From the human T2T-CHM13v2.0 reference genome, Homo sapiens: a stretch of DNA of 64,000 nucleotides. Position 1 is the first letter of the stretch, and each line of letters opens with the position of its first letter. Below are positions 37,608-57,256 of the stretch, one piece after another. The notes below the pieces were generated by a model. The model did not search any database. It was not told the DNA's origin and saw nothing but the letters and a program-made list of their open reading frames with translations. Made by a program: the position numbers and the translations under genes. The stretch is taken from assembly GCF_009914755.1 (NCBI RefSeq), contig NC_060943.1. The stretch is one strand, 5' to 3'.

Positions 37608-37699
37608 ATTCAAGTCATCAAAATTGAGACTGAGGACAACAGAGAGACACGCTCAGCCAAGGATGCTCTGCTCTTGTGGTGTCAGATGAAGACAGCTGG
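37608..37699 (+). CDS. SPTBN4: SPTBN4 exon 5
   Basis: [30 protein letters not shown](G); cacag acceptor, gtaagc donor. Confidence 0.97.
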
Positions 37700-38869
37700 G
37701 TAAGCACCCCCACCACCTTCCTTAGGAGGTTAGGCAAGTGGTCCCCTAACCTCTGCAATTCCTTCCCAGACAAGAGCTCAAGGGGCAGCCCATGTCCTCA
37801 GGGTCAAAAAGTTACATCTGAAACTAACCAGCTGGTAAATAAAATATGTCCACTTCTCCAGCCTTGACTAATAATCCTTCCTAACATGCTAGAAGGCCAG
37901 GTTCAAATTTATTTTGAACTTGCTCTGTCACCCAGGCTGGAGTGCAGTGGCATGCACTGAATAGCTCACTGAAGCCTTGATCTCCTAGGTTCCAGTGATC
38001 CTCCCTCCTCAGCCTCCCAAGTAGCTGGGACTACTGCACCCCACCCAGTTTCAAATGTAGAACTCTTGGCCTCACTAGGCACAGTGTCTCATGCCTGTCA
38101 CTTTGGGAGAATGAGGCTAGGACTTTGAGATCAGCCTAGGCAACATAGCAAGACCCCATCTCTACAAAAAGTTGTGGGGTTTTTTTTGTTGTTGTTGTCG
38201 TTGTTGTTTTTAATCACAGGCATGGTGGCAGACGTCTGTAGTCGTAGCTTCTCAGGTTCCCAGGAGGCTGAGATGGGAGGATCATTTGAGTCCAGGAGTT
38301 CAAGGTGCAGTGAGCTACGATCATGCCACTGCACTCCAGCCTGGGCTACAGAGCAAGACCCTGTCTTGAAAATAAATAACAAACACATAAATAAATAAAC
38401 AAACAAATAAATAAAAATAAAATAGAACTCTTGGACTCCTCAGAGACCAATGCTGGAAAGAGGTGAACTGTCCCCAGCCTGCTCTCTTCTCTCTCTCCCC
38501 CATCCCATTTCATCCTACATTTCAAGAGATCTCACATTCACCTGTGTGGACCCTCAGTGCTATGTCCAAGCTCTGGCCACCCTCTCCCGCTGTGAGCATC
38601 TCCCTTCTGCCTCACAGGGCATACACAGGAAAGTTCAAAGTCCTTGGTCGCTTCAGTGTGGCTGAGCTGGTGGCGGGGTGGGGTGCAGGCTCTACTGGGA
38701 AGGTTCCCTTTGGCCCCCAACTCTCTGCCCTGCAGGGAGCAGTAAGACCTGAAACTCAATTGTCCTCTGTAGAGCAGCTCCTGGGAGGACGGAGGGAGGG
38801 GCAGGTGTGGGATGGAGGTGGGCTTCTCTGACTCTCATCCTTCTGGCTGTCTGTCTTGCAAAGGAGATC

Positions 38870-40385
<1,516 letters not shown>

Positions 40386-40717
40386 TCATACCTTGGGGCC
40401 TGACATTGAAATAGCTGAGGGTCAGACACCCACACAAATTAGACACACATCATGATCATTCGCATGACATATTGGGGAAACTGAGACTCAGGCGCAGGAA
40501 GGGGCTTGTGGTGGTGTAGCTGAAGCCAGAACCCAGCTTTTTCTGCTGTGGACACCTGTCCACTCACAATCCCTGCTTCTCACACCTACACACACTCGTA
40601 CACACATGGGGAGACCCAGACCCACCTCCATACACAGAAACTCACAAGCTGCACCAGGGTCATCCTCACACTAGGTGACATTCGCTCAGTGTTTTCTATG
40701 CACAGGCACTGTTCTAA

Positions 40718-40918
<201 letters not shown>

Positions 40919-41435
40919 TGAGTAGCTAGGATTACAGGCGCCCGCCACCACACCTGGATAATTGTTGTATTTTTAGTAGAGATGAGGTTTCACCATGTTG
41001 GCCAGGCTGGTCTTGAACTCCTGACCTCAGGTGATCCACCCACCTCGGCCTCCCAAGTAGCTGGGATTACAGGCATGTGCCACCACGCCCGGCTAATTTT
41101 GTTTGTTTAGTGGAGATGGGGTTTCACCATTTGGGCCAGGCTGGTTTCAAACTCCTGACCTCAAGTGATCTGCCCAACTCAGCTTCCCAAAGTGCTGGGA
41201 TTACAGGGATGAGCCACCATGCCCGGCTGGCAGGTGCTATTATTATCCCCATTTTAGAGGAAACCAAAGCACAGAGAAACGCAGTAGCTCACCTAGAGTG
41301 ACACAACCAGGATATGACCAAGCTGGGGCTCAAGCTCTGATGAACTGGCTCTGGTCCTCACACTTCTAACCACTGCATAACACTACATAAGAATCCCCAA
41401 AGTAAGCATATGTGTGTCAGAGGTACATGTGTCCT

Positions 41436-41867
<432 letters not shown>

Positions 41868-42133
41868 CTACCCATTCGTCTGTGTGCACAGGCCGGCCCA
41901 GCAACAAATGCACATGCACACACACATTCCTGGGAACGCACAGAGACATGCCCGCGTCCATCACACTCACATCACAGCTAAATGCTGCACAGCACACACA
42001 GCTTGCCCCTTGGCTAGACTGTGCCCTTCTGCCCATTGCCCTGGGCAGTGCTCAGACAAGGGTGGCTTCTTCCCTGCTTGCCCGCCGGCTCTGGAGCCTG
42101 CCTGCTGCCTGCCTGCTCTGTGCCCCTGCCCAG

Positions 42134-42249
42134 GCCTGATCTCGTGGACTTCAGCAAACTCACCAAGTCCAATGCCAACTACAACCTGCAGAGAGCCTTC
42201 CGCACAGCTGAGCAGCACCTGGGGCTGGCGCGGCTGCTGGATCCTGAAG
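42134..42249 (+). CDS. SPTBN4: SPTBN4 exon 7 (CH2)
   Basis: [38 protein letters not shown](D); cag acceptor, gtgagc donor. Confidence 0.97.
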
Positions 42250-42988
42250 GTGAGCCTCTCGCGGGCCCAGCCCAGACTTCGTCTTGGGGGACTCCCAACC
42301 CCAATGCCATGTCACACTCAACTCCATCCCACCCCAGCACCATCCCAAATCCTGAGGCCTCTCCAAATCCCAACTCTTTCCAAATCCCAACTGTCTCCTC
42401 AGCCTCCTCCCCTTGTGCCTCCCCTTCCTCATGTGCGATCCCTCCCACATACCATCCTCACACCTCTTCCTCTCTCATCCCCAACCGTGTCCCAACGTAA
42501 CCCCTCCTCTTCCCCATTCTCAATTTCCACCCATCCCCAACACCCTCCCCAACCCTGCTTTCAACCATCTCCCACTAAACCAACTCCCACTCCCCTACCC
42601 CAGCCCCAAACCCAGTGGCATCTCCAACGCCATCCCCACCCCTAACGCCAACCCCATCTTCAAGTGTCTCCATCCCCACCACATCTTCGGCTCCAACTCC
42701 ATTCCTATCCCCACCCTAATCCATTTCCAACCTCATTTCGCCCTAGCCCATCCCCATGTCTATCTCTCCCACAACTCCATCCTCATCCTCAGCTGCTTTT
42801 CCATTTCCAGTCTATCCCTAATCCCATCCCTGACTTCAGCCTCAGCCCCAAACCAGGATCAGCCCTGACACCCGTCTCCCATCCCAAATTAAAGCTGCTC
42901 CCTTCCTCTGAGCTCTACTGTGTGCCAGACACATGTCTGGGAACCTTATCAGAGCTGTTCACTTTCATCTTCACACTGACCTGGTTAG

Positions 42989-43255
<267 letters not shown>

Positions 43256-43359
43256 TAGCCAGGATGGTCTCGATCTCCTGACCTTATGGTCCACCTCCTT
43301 GGCCTCCCAAAGTGCTGGGATTACAGGCATGAGCCACCATGCCCGGCCTATTTATTTAA

Positions 43360-43605
<246 letters not shown>

Positions 43606-43692
43606 TAAAGTGCTGGAATTATAGGTGTGAGCCACCGTGCCTGGACGTTTTATTTATTTATTGTTCTTATGTTCATTTATTTATTTATTTGA

Positions 43693-43914
<222 letters not shown>

Positions 43915-43971
43915 TGACTTCAAGTGATCTGCTTGCCTCGTCCTCCCAAAGAGCTGGGATTACAGGCGTGA

Positions 43972-44208
<237 letters not shown>

Positions 44209-44610
44209 TGATTTTTTTTTTTTTGGTAGAGGTGGGGTCTCGCTATGTTGCCCAGGCTGGTCTCAAACTACTGGACTCAAGCGATCCTCCCACCTTGGCC
44301 TCCCAGAGTGCCTGGGATTACAGGCCCGAGCCACATGCCTGGCTTAACCTGTCTTCCAAAGTGATGAGAATGACAGCTCAGGGATGTTGTCACTTGCCCA
44401 GCATCACACTGAAAATCAGGAAACCAGACCTTATGGCTCCAGAATTCATGGTCTTAATCAGTCCTCTACCCTGCCTCTTATAGCTGTATCCTGTGCTCAG
44501 TGCCTGGTACGTAGTAGGTGCTAATGGATGTCAGTTGGACAAGGCAGTGAAGAATAAAGGCCAGGTATACTGTTGTGCATCCAGTGGGTAAATTAAAATG
44601 ATATCACTCA

Positions 44611-44769
<159 letters not shown>

Positions 44770-45301
44770 TCACTTGAGCCCAGGAGTTCGAGGCTGCAGT
44801 GAGCTCTGATTACAACACTGCACCCCAGATCCCAACTCAAAAAGCAAAAAACAACAACCAATTAAAGTGATGTTAGAATTTGTTGAGTTTCCCCTCTGTG
44901 CCAGGCTAGTCTTTCTAATACTTACATTGTTCCCAGGAGGCAGGAACCATGATAATCTTTATTATAACAATGGGGAAACTGAGGCTTAGAGAAGCTAGGT
45001 TATTTTCTAAGGACATGCAGTGAGTAAGTGTTGAACTGGGATCCAAGTGCATGCTGCCTCCAAAGCCTATGTTCTTGACATCAAGCCTTGTGCACAATTT
45101 GCAAGCTAACTAAATTTTAATTTAGCACCTACTGTGTGCTGGGTAAGACAGAACAGTGATAAAGAAAATAGGCATACGGCTGGGCCCACGCCTATAGTGG
45201 CCCACGCCTATAGTCCCAGCACTATGGGAAGCTGAGGCAGGAGTATTGTTTCAGCCCAAGAGTTCAAGACTAGCCTGGGCAACACAGAGAGACCCTGTCT
45301 A

Positions 45302-45490
<189 letters not shown>

Positions 45491-46022
45491 TCAAAAAAAA
45501 AGAAAGAAAAAGAAAAGAAAGGAAAGGAAAGGAAAGGAAAAGAAAGGAAACAGGCATAGTGTTTGTCCTCATGAAGCTCAAGCTCTAGATAATGACATAA
45601 TCACATAAGTGAATATGTAATTACAAATTGTGATACATTCTGGGAAGGACATCATAAGATGCTAAGAGGAGAATAACATGAGGATTATCAACTATAGACA
45701 GAGTGAACATGGAGGCTTGTCTAAGGAAATTTGAGTTGAGCCAGGCATGGTGGTTCACACCTTTAGTTCTGACTACTCAGGAGGCTGAGGTGGGAGGATT
45801 GCTTGAACCTAGGAGCTCGAGGCTGCAGTGAGCTATGATTGCACCACTGCGCAATCAGCCTGGACAAGAGAGCCAGACTCCATCTCTTGAAAAAAAAAAA
45901 AAGTAAAAAGTTGAGCTCTGAAGAATAAGTGGGAATTAGGAACACAGAAGAGGAACAGTGCTCCAGACAGTGAGAACAGCACATGCAAAGGCCCTGAGGT
46001 GGAAGGTAGAAAGGTGTGTTCA

Positions 46023-46389
<367 letters not shown>

Positions 46390-46569
46390 TTAATTCCAGG
46401 AGGTAGATTTCTATTTGACGGATACAAAACCTGAGGAACAGAGAGGTTAATTATCTTGCCCAAGGTCACACAGCTAGTGAGAGTGGCTTCTCCATCCCTC
46501 CATCCAATACCTTCAAGCACTCTGTCAAAGTGCCCACTGTCTTGTTTCCCCACTCCCTCTTGCTTCCAG

Positions 46570-46682
46570 ATGTGAACATGGAGGCTCCAGATGAGAAGTC
46601 CATCATCACCTACGTGGTCTCTTTCTACCACTATTTCTCCAAGATGAAGGCTCTGGCTGTGGAGGGGAAGCGTATCGGGAAG
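46570..46682 (+). CDS. SPTBN4: SPTBN4 exon 8 (end of CH2)
   Basis: [37 protein letters not shown]; cag acceptor, gtataa donor. Confidence 0.97.
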
Positions 46683-46776
46683 GTATAAGGAGCCAAGGAG
46701 TGGGTGAGTGGGAAGCTGGAAGCTGGTGGCAGGCACGGGTGGGATGAGGCTGACCCCCCTTCCTCTGCTGTGTCAG

Positions 46777-46964
46777 GTCTTGGACCAGGTATTGGAGGTG
46801 GGGAAGATCATAGAACGCTACGAGGAGCTGGCGGCTGAGCTGCTGGCCTGGATCCACCGCACCGTGGGCCTCATCAGCAATCAGAAATTTGCCAACTCCT
46901 TAAGTGGGGTGCAGCAGCAACTCCAGGCTTTCACGGCCTATTGCACGCTGGAGAAGCCTGTCAA
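46777..46964 (+). CDS. SPTBN4: SPTBN4 exon 9 (spectrin repeat 1)
   Basis: VLDQVLEVGKIIERYEELAAELLAWIHRTVGLISNQKFANSLSGVQQQLQAFTAYCTLEKPV(K); cag acceptor, gtgagg donor. Confidence 0.96.
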
Positions 46965-47038
46965 GTGAGGCCCAGCTCTGGAGGGAGGGTGGGCAGGGGT
47001 GGCATGACGGCAGGGCTCCTGAGCTCATGCCCCTTCAG

Positions 47039-47156
47039 GTTCCAGGAGAAGGGGAACCTAGAGGTGCTGCTCTTCAGCATCCAGAGCAAACTGCGTGCCT
47101 GCAACCGTCGCCTCTTTGTGCCTCGGGAGGGCTGTGGCATCTGGGATATTGACAAG
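47039..47156 (+). CDS. SPTBN4: SPTBN4 exon 10
   Basis: FQEKGNLEVLLFSIQSKLRACNRRLFVPREGCGIWDIDK; preceded by a 74-nt intron; gtgagg donor. Confidence 0.96.
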
Positions 47157-47423
47157 GTGAGGCCGGGGATGCAGGGGAGAGGCGGGGTTGCACTGTGGAG
47201 TTGTATAGGTTGCACACTGCTCAAGGGAATCATTCACATTGTAGACATGATGGATTAGATATTCATTCTGACAGTTTTTCAGTAGTAAAGTGTCATAAGG
47301 AAGCAATATTTTTTCCAATTTGCATGAAGTTGCCATAATGCTATGAGTGACCTCAGACTAAGTCAAGACCATTAAACTGTGGGGAGCTGTCAGAGTCTGA
47401 GTGCCTCCTCCCATCTCCTGCAG

Positions 47424-47582
47424 GCATGGGGTGAGCTGGAGAAGGCTGAGCATGAGCGGGAGGCTGCCCTACGGGCTGAGCTGATTCGGCAGGAGAAGCT
47501 GGAACTACTGGCACAGAGGTTTGACCACAAGGTGGCTATGAGGGAGAGCTGGCTGAATGAGAACCAGCGTCTGGTCTCCCAG
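47424..47582 (+). CDS. SPTBN4: SPTBN4 exon 11
   Basis: [53 protein letters not shown]; cag acceptor, gtacaa donor. Confidence 0.97.
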
Positions 47583-47759
47583 GTACAAGGTGTAGGGCTT
47601 GGCTCCAGGGTAAAGGGACGGAGGGCGGGGCTGATGGTCCTGGGACCAGAGAGGGAGACTTGATCTTCTAGGCAACAGGGAAGAGTTAGATTAGTCTCCT
47701 GGTGATAAATGAGGATGGGGATGGGAGACTTGGCCTTCCAAGTGATTGTTGGGTGAGGG

Positions 47760-48430
47760 GAATGGGCCTGATCTCCAGGGTAATGGGAGAGTGAGGCTGG
47801 TCTCCAGGGTAACTAGAGAGGGCAGAATTCATCTTTTCAGGAATGGGGGAGTGTTTTAAGTGACAAGGGAGGTTGTATCTTGTGTCTAGGGTAACTCAGA
47901 AGGATAGAATTGGTTTCCTAAGTAACAGAGTCAGGTAAACCTGGTCCCTAATCTCCAGGACAGGGGAAGCATGGGCCTCCTTCCTGGGTAACAAGTTTAA
48001 GGTTAGAGATGTAACAGGAGGGTGGGACTTGTTTCCAGGGTAACTGGAGAGAGTGGGGCTGGTCTCTGGGGAAACGGGAAGGTGGGGTTGGTCTCTAGGG
48101 CAACAGGGGAGGGTGGGTCTGGTCTCCAGGGTAACTGGGGAAGATTGGGCTGGTCTCCAGGACAACAGGGGAGGGTGGAGCTGGTCTCCAGGATAACTGT
48201 GGAAGATGGGCTGGTCTCCAGGGCAACAGGGGATGGGGGGTTGGTCTTTAGGGTAACTGGGGAGGGTGGGGCTGGTCTCCAAGGTAACAATGGAGGGTGG
48301 GGCTGGTCTCCAGGTTACCTGGGTAACAGGGGAGGATGAGGCTGGTCTCCAGGATAACTAGGGAGGGCAGGGCCAGTCTCCAAGGTAATGGAGTGGGGAG
48401 TCCCCAGGGTCACACAGGGTCAAGGTAACA
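47760..48430 (+). repeat. Degenerate G-rich minisatellite, ~30-31-bp unit GGGCTGGTCTCCAGGGTAACTGGGGAGGGTG
   Basis: Recurrent CTGGTCTCCAGG(G)TAAC/CAAC cores, most regular at 48020-48390. Confidence 0.9.
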
Positions 48431-48478
48431 GGTGGACTGCTGAGGCAGCATGGGTGAGTGTCTGGCTCACTGCCCCAG

Positions 48479-49404
<926 letters not shown>

Positions 49405-50186
49405 TCAAGAATTGCTTGAATCCAGGAGGCAGAGGCTGCAGTAAGCCAAGGTGGTGCCACTGCACTCCATCCAGCCTGAGTGACAGAGTTTGATTCTGTT
49501 TCAAAAAAAAAGAGAGAAATGAAAAAAGACATAGAGATATAGAAACAGAGTAAACCAGGGATGCAGACAGAGAGATAGTGACAGTTTGAGAGAGAGGAAA
49601 TCAGAGAGACAGAGAGAGGAGAAGGCAGACACAAAGGTGACATGGAAATCTACATGACTACAGAGAAAGATACAGGAAGATGGAATCAATTTAAGAGAGA
49701 GAGAGAGAGAGACCTACCAGATCTAGAGAGAGATGAGACAAGAAAGATAGAAGCCAGCTGGGCATGGTGGCTCTCACCTGCGGTACCAGCACTTTGGGAG
49801 GCCGAGGTAGGCAGATTGCTTGAGCCCCAGAGTTTGAGACCAGCCTGATCAACATAGTGAGATCCTGTCTGTACAAAAAAAAAAAAAAAAAAATTAGCTA
49901 GGCGTGGTGGTGTGCGCTTGTAGTCCCAGCTACTCTGAAGTGGGAGGATCGCTTGAGCCCAGGAGGTTGAGGCTGTGTGAGCCATGATTGCACCACTACA
50001 CTTCAGCCTGGATGACAGAGTGAGACCCTGTCTCAAAAAAAAAAAAAAAAAAAAAAAAAAGAAGAAGCCGGGCACGGTGGCTCACACCTGTAATCCCAGC
50101 ACTTTGGGAGGCTGAGGCAGGCAGATCATCTGAGGTCAGGAGTTCAAGACCAGCCTGGCCAACATGGCGAAACCCCATCTCTACTA

Positions 50187-50654
<468 letters not shown>

Positions 50655-50887
50655 CTAGCTGTGAGAGCTGACAGCAGCTGGGGCTCAGCTTTTTTCTTTC
50701 TGATGAGGAAACCGAGGTCCAGGCCACAGAGCTGGTAAGAGAGTCTTGAGGCTGGTCCATATCTCTCCAAGAGGGTCAGAGTCGGGAGTGATGGTGCAGA
50801 GTAGCAGGGGCTGGCATAGGCAATGGGGGAGAGGTGAGTGGCCCAGGGCAGTGCCAGAGGTGTGCTCAGTGCTGTCCCCGCTTGTAG

Positions 50888-51038
50888 GCTCAGCTGCTGT
50901 CCCGGGAGTGTGGGCAGCACCTGGTGGAGGCAGACGACCTGTTGCAGAAGCATGGACTGCTGGAGGGAGACATTGCCGCCCAGAGCGAGCGGGTGGAGGC
51001 TCTCAATGCCGCTGCCCTGCGCTTCTCCCAGCTGCAGG
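50888..51038 (+). CDS. SPTBN4: SPTBN4 exon 13
   Basis: AQLLSRECGQHLVEADDLLQKHGLLEGDIAAQSERVEALNAAALRFSQLQ(G); tag acceptor, gtgagt donor. Confidence 0.96.
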
Positions 51039-51319
51039 GTGAGTCTTGGGGCTGGGGCTGGGGCTATGGGTGGAGACTGTCAGGACTGGTGCTAATAGAG
51101 GCAAGAGTGACTCCTGAGAGAAGGAAAGAGTGAGCTCCTTGTCCTTGGAGGCATTTAAGCAGAGCCTAAGATTACATTCCACTGGGGAAGTCATAGGGAG
51201 AATCAGTGCCCTGAGTGGCAGGATGGGCCACTCGACCTCTTCCTGCTTTAGATTCTGCAGTAATAACCCACATTTATTGAGCACTTGTTATGTGCCAAGC
51301 CCTTCACAGATTGATCTCA

Positions 51320-51487
<168 letters not shown>

Positions 51488-51664
51488 TTAGCCAGGCACG
51501 GTGATACAAGCCTGTAGTGCCAGCTATTTGGAGGCTGAGGCAGGAGGCTCACTTGAGGCCAGGAATTGGAGGCTTCAGTGAGCCATGATCATGCCACTAC
51601 ACTCCAGCCTGGGTGACACAGTGAGATCTTGTCTCTTAAAAAACCAAAAAGAAAACTTGTGCTA

Positions 51665-52900
<1,236 letters not shown>

Positions 52901-53061
52901 GACTGGCTCTAATAAGGTTCCTGTCTTACTTATGTCAATGCCCTCCAGCCAGAGACCACCAGGAGTCCCTCTGTGGTCAAACGAAGTTGGGTTTGGTGGC
53001 TCTTTACACCCACCATGGGGAGCTGTGGGGCTTCTCAGCAAGAAAGTATGATGGGGGGCTA

Positions 53062-53450
<389 letters not shown>

Positions 53451-53794
53451 TCAGAATATGGGGGTGACTAGGTGATTGGGGGTCTTAATCATTTTGATCT
53501 AGGTGGTGGGAGGAAGAGAAGGAGGCTGTTGCATTCATTGGCAGCTGTCATTCATCTGAGCCGGCGAGGGGATGCGTGGTCATTTTTGTGGTTTGCACAG
53601 TGACCTTGATTTTGTCTGTGCTCAGGCAAGATTATGGAGCGAGCTTGGTTTTGTCCTACTCCATCGTGGTCAGAGTGGCCCCATCTGATATGAGCGTTCT
53701 GTGAGTTTTTTTTATTATTATTGTTGTTGTTTATTGCTTTTTTTTTTTTTTTTTTAGACACTTGATCTCTCTATGTTACCCAGGCTGGTCTTGA

Positions 53795-54310
<516 letters not shown>

Positions 54311-54905
54311 TGATAAGAGGGTCTTGAGGCTGGTCCGTATCTCTCCATTAAGATGTTCTCCTCCTTTATCTGGAGCCCACAGCCCTTTGGAATCTTGGAG
54401 CATTATTCGAAAAGGAAGAACCTGTCTGGCTTGCAGGTTGATGGGGAAGTTTCTCACCCTAGCCGACCTGGGTCACATCCTAAATGCAAATGCTGAAGTT
54501 TCCCTCCACGCCCTGGTGTGGACATCCTGACCCTGGCTCAGCTCCCTCCCATCCCCATCTCACCTCCAGGGGAGGTTGTTGGGACCCTCTCCTTCACCTT
54601 AGCTAGGTTTGTCTCAGGAAGCTCCCTTTGCCCTCGCCTTGTGAATTCTCGGCTCCTGTGACAATCAGCAGCTCCGAGAATACAGCAGAGGGGCCAGTGT
54701 GGGGAGTGCGAGTGTGGGGAGTGCGTTGTCATGGGGATGGGAGGCAGCGCTTCCTGATGGGTGGTCCAGAGTGTGAGCTCCTGATGGGCCACTTCTTAGC
54801 TGATCCTAGGGCAATCCTTCCCCTCTCTGAGGCTCAGTCTCTTAATCTGGAAAATGGGGCTGATAAGGACACTGGCCTCATAGGATGGTTGTGAGAATCA
54901 AATGA

Positions 54906-55220
<315 letters not shown>

Positions 55221-55583
55221 TAGGATTACAGGTGTAAGCCACTGCGCCTAGCAAGAAGCTGTTGTTATTGTAACTATTATTCAGTTGGATACCTTGTGGT
55301 TTGAGTCAACATCAGCGAATGTCCAGAATTACAGAAATCCCGCATTCCACATAGGGCAGTGTCTCACTTTTATGATCCAGTAAGAAATACACAGCCAGGC
55401 AGTGGCTCACGCCTGTAATCCCAGTACTTTGGGAGGCCAAGGTGGGTGAATTTCTTCAGCCCAGATATTGGAGACCAGCCAGCGAGACTCTATTTCTACA
55501 AGAAACTTAGAAAAAAAATTAGCCAGGCATGGTGTTGTGGGCCCATAGTCCCAGCTACTCAGGAAGCTGAGGCGGGAGGATTA

Positions 55584-55697
<114 letters not shown>

Positions 55698-57256
55698 TTA
55701 CCTCATGACTCACAGTTCACATGCATACATGGGCACACAGGCTAACACAGAGGTTTTATAAAACAATACTTCCAGGCTGGGCGCGGTGGCTCAGGCCTGT
55801 AATCCCAGCATTTTAGGAGGCTGAGGGGGGCGGATCATGAGGTCAGGAGTTCGAGACCAGTCTGGCCAACATAGCGAAACCCCATCTCTACTAAAAATAC
55901 AAAAAAAAATTAGCTGGACATGGTGGCACGCGCCTGTAATCCCAACTACTCTGGAGGCTGAGGCAGGAGAATCACATCAACCTGGGAGGTGGAGGCTGCA
56001 GTGAGCTGAGATCAAGCCATTGCACTCCAGCCCAGGCGACAGTGAGAGACTCTGTCTCAATCAAACAAACAAACAATACCAAACAACAACAGCAACAACA
56101 ACAAAAATACTCCCCCGACCTTGTTTTGCATTGTGATATTTTCCGTTCCTTCTATTCTATTCCACCAAACAAATGCTGGCTGTGACCCATTAAATTAACT
56201 TCACTGTTTTCTAATCGCCAACTAGCCATCCAGGAGGAAGGTGAACTATTTAAGGAAAAAGAGGGAGTTCGGGGTTAAGCACAGTGGCTCATGCCTATAA
56301 TCCCAACACTTCGGGAGGCCAAGTGGAAGGATTGCTTGAGGCCAGCCGTTCAAGACCAGCCTGGCCAACATAGTGAGATCCTGTCTCTATTTTAAAAAGA
56401 AAAAGGAGTGCAGATAACCACTGGGATTGATAGATAATGCAACAGAGGATGACAGAGGGAACCTAGAAACATGGTTTAAGAAAAGAGAAGTTGGCCGGTG
56501 GCAGTGGCTCATGCCTGTAATCCCAGCAGTTTAGGAGGCCAAGGCGGGTGGATCACTGGAGGTCAGGAGTTTGAGACCAGCCTGGCCAGCATGGTGAAAC
56601 CCCGTCTCTACTAAAAATACAAAAATGAGCCAGGCGTGGTGGCGGGCGCCTGTAATCCTAGCTACTGGGGAGGCTGAGGCAGGAGAATCGCTTAAACCTG
56701 GAGGTGGAGGTTGCAGTGAACCGAGATCGCGCTACTGCACTCCAGCCTGGGCAACAGAGTAAGAATCTGTCTCAAACACACAAACAAACAAAAAACAAAG
56801 AAGTTTCATTTGACTCAGTTCTGACATAAGCACAATTTTCACTCAAATATACAGAATCTGAGATGCTCTGAATCCATCCATCATTCAGTCAACAAATCAC
56901 TACATTCACTAGGCTACAGCTCTGGGCTCCACCCTTTGCTGGGCAGTGTTTGGGATAGGGTGTGACAGACCCAGGTCCTGCCCTTAAGGAGCTCTCAGTC
57001 CAGTGGGGGAGACAGGACAAGGCAATGACAACACAGAGTAGTCAGGGCTAGGATGGGGAAGCAGAGAAGCCTGAGAGGGTCGAGGAGGAGCCTGCTCCAG
57101 CCTTGGGGTGTCAGGGAAGGCTGCCTGGAGGAGGAGCCACGTGACCCGGCATCTGATGAAGTCACACCAAGGACAGGGTAGGTAGCCCGCACCATCCTCT
57201 CTTGGGCGCCCCTTGGCTTGTGACCAATCCTGGATGCTCCCCTTCTCCTGGCTCAG

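Noticed and set aside
47760-48430. CRISPR-like repeat-spacer appearance
   Set aside because: Eukaryotic intron; units are contiguous degenerate tandem copies without unique spacers.
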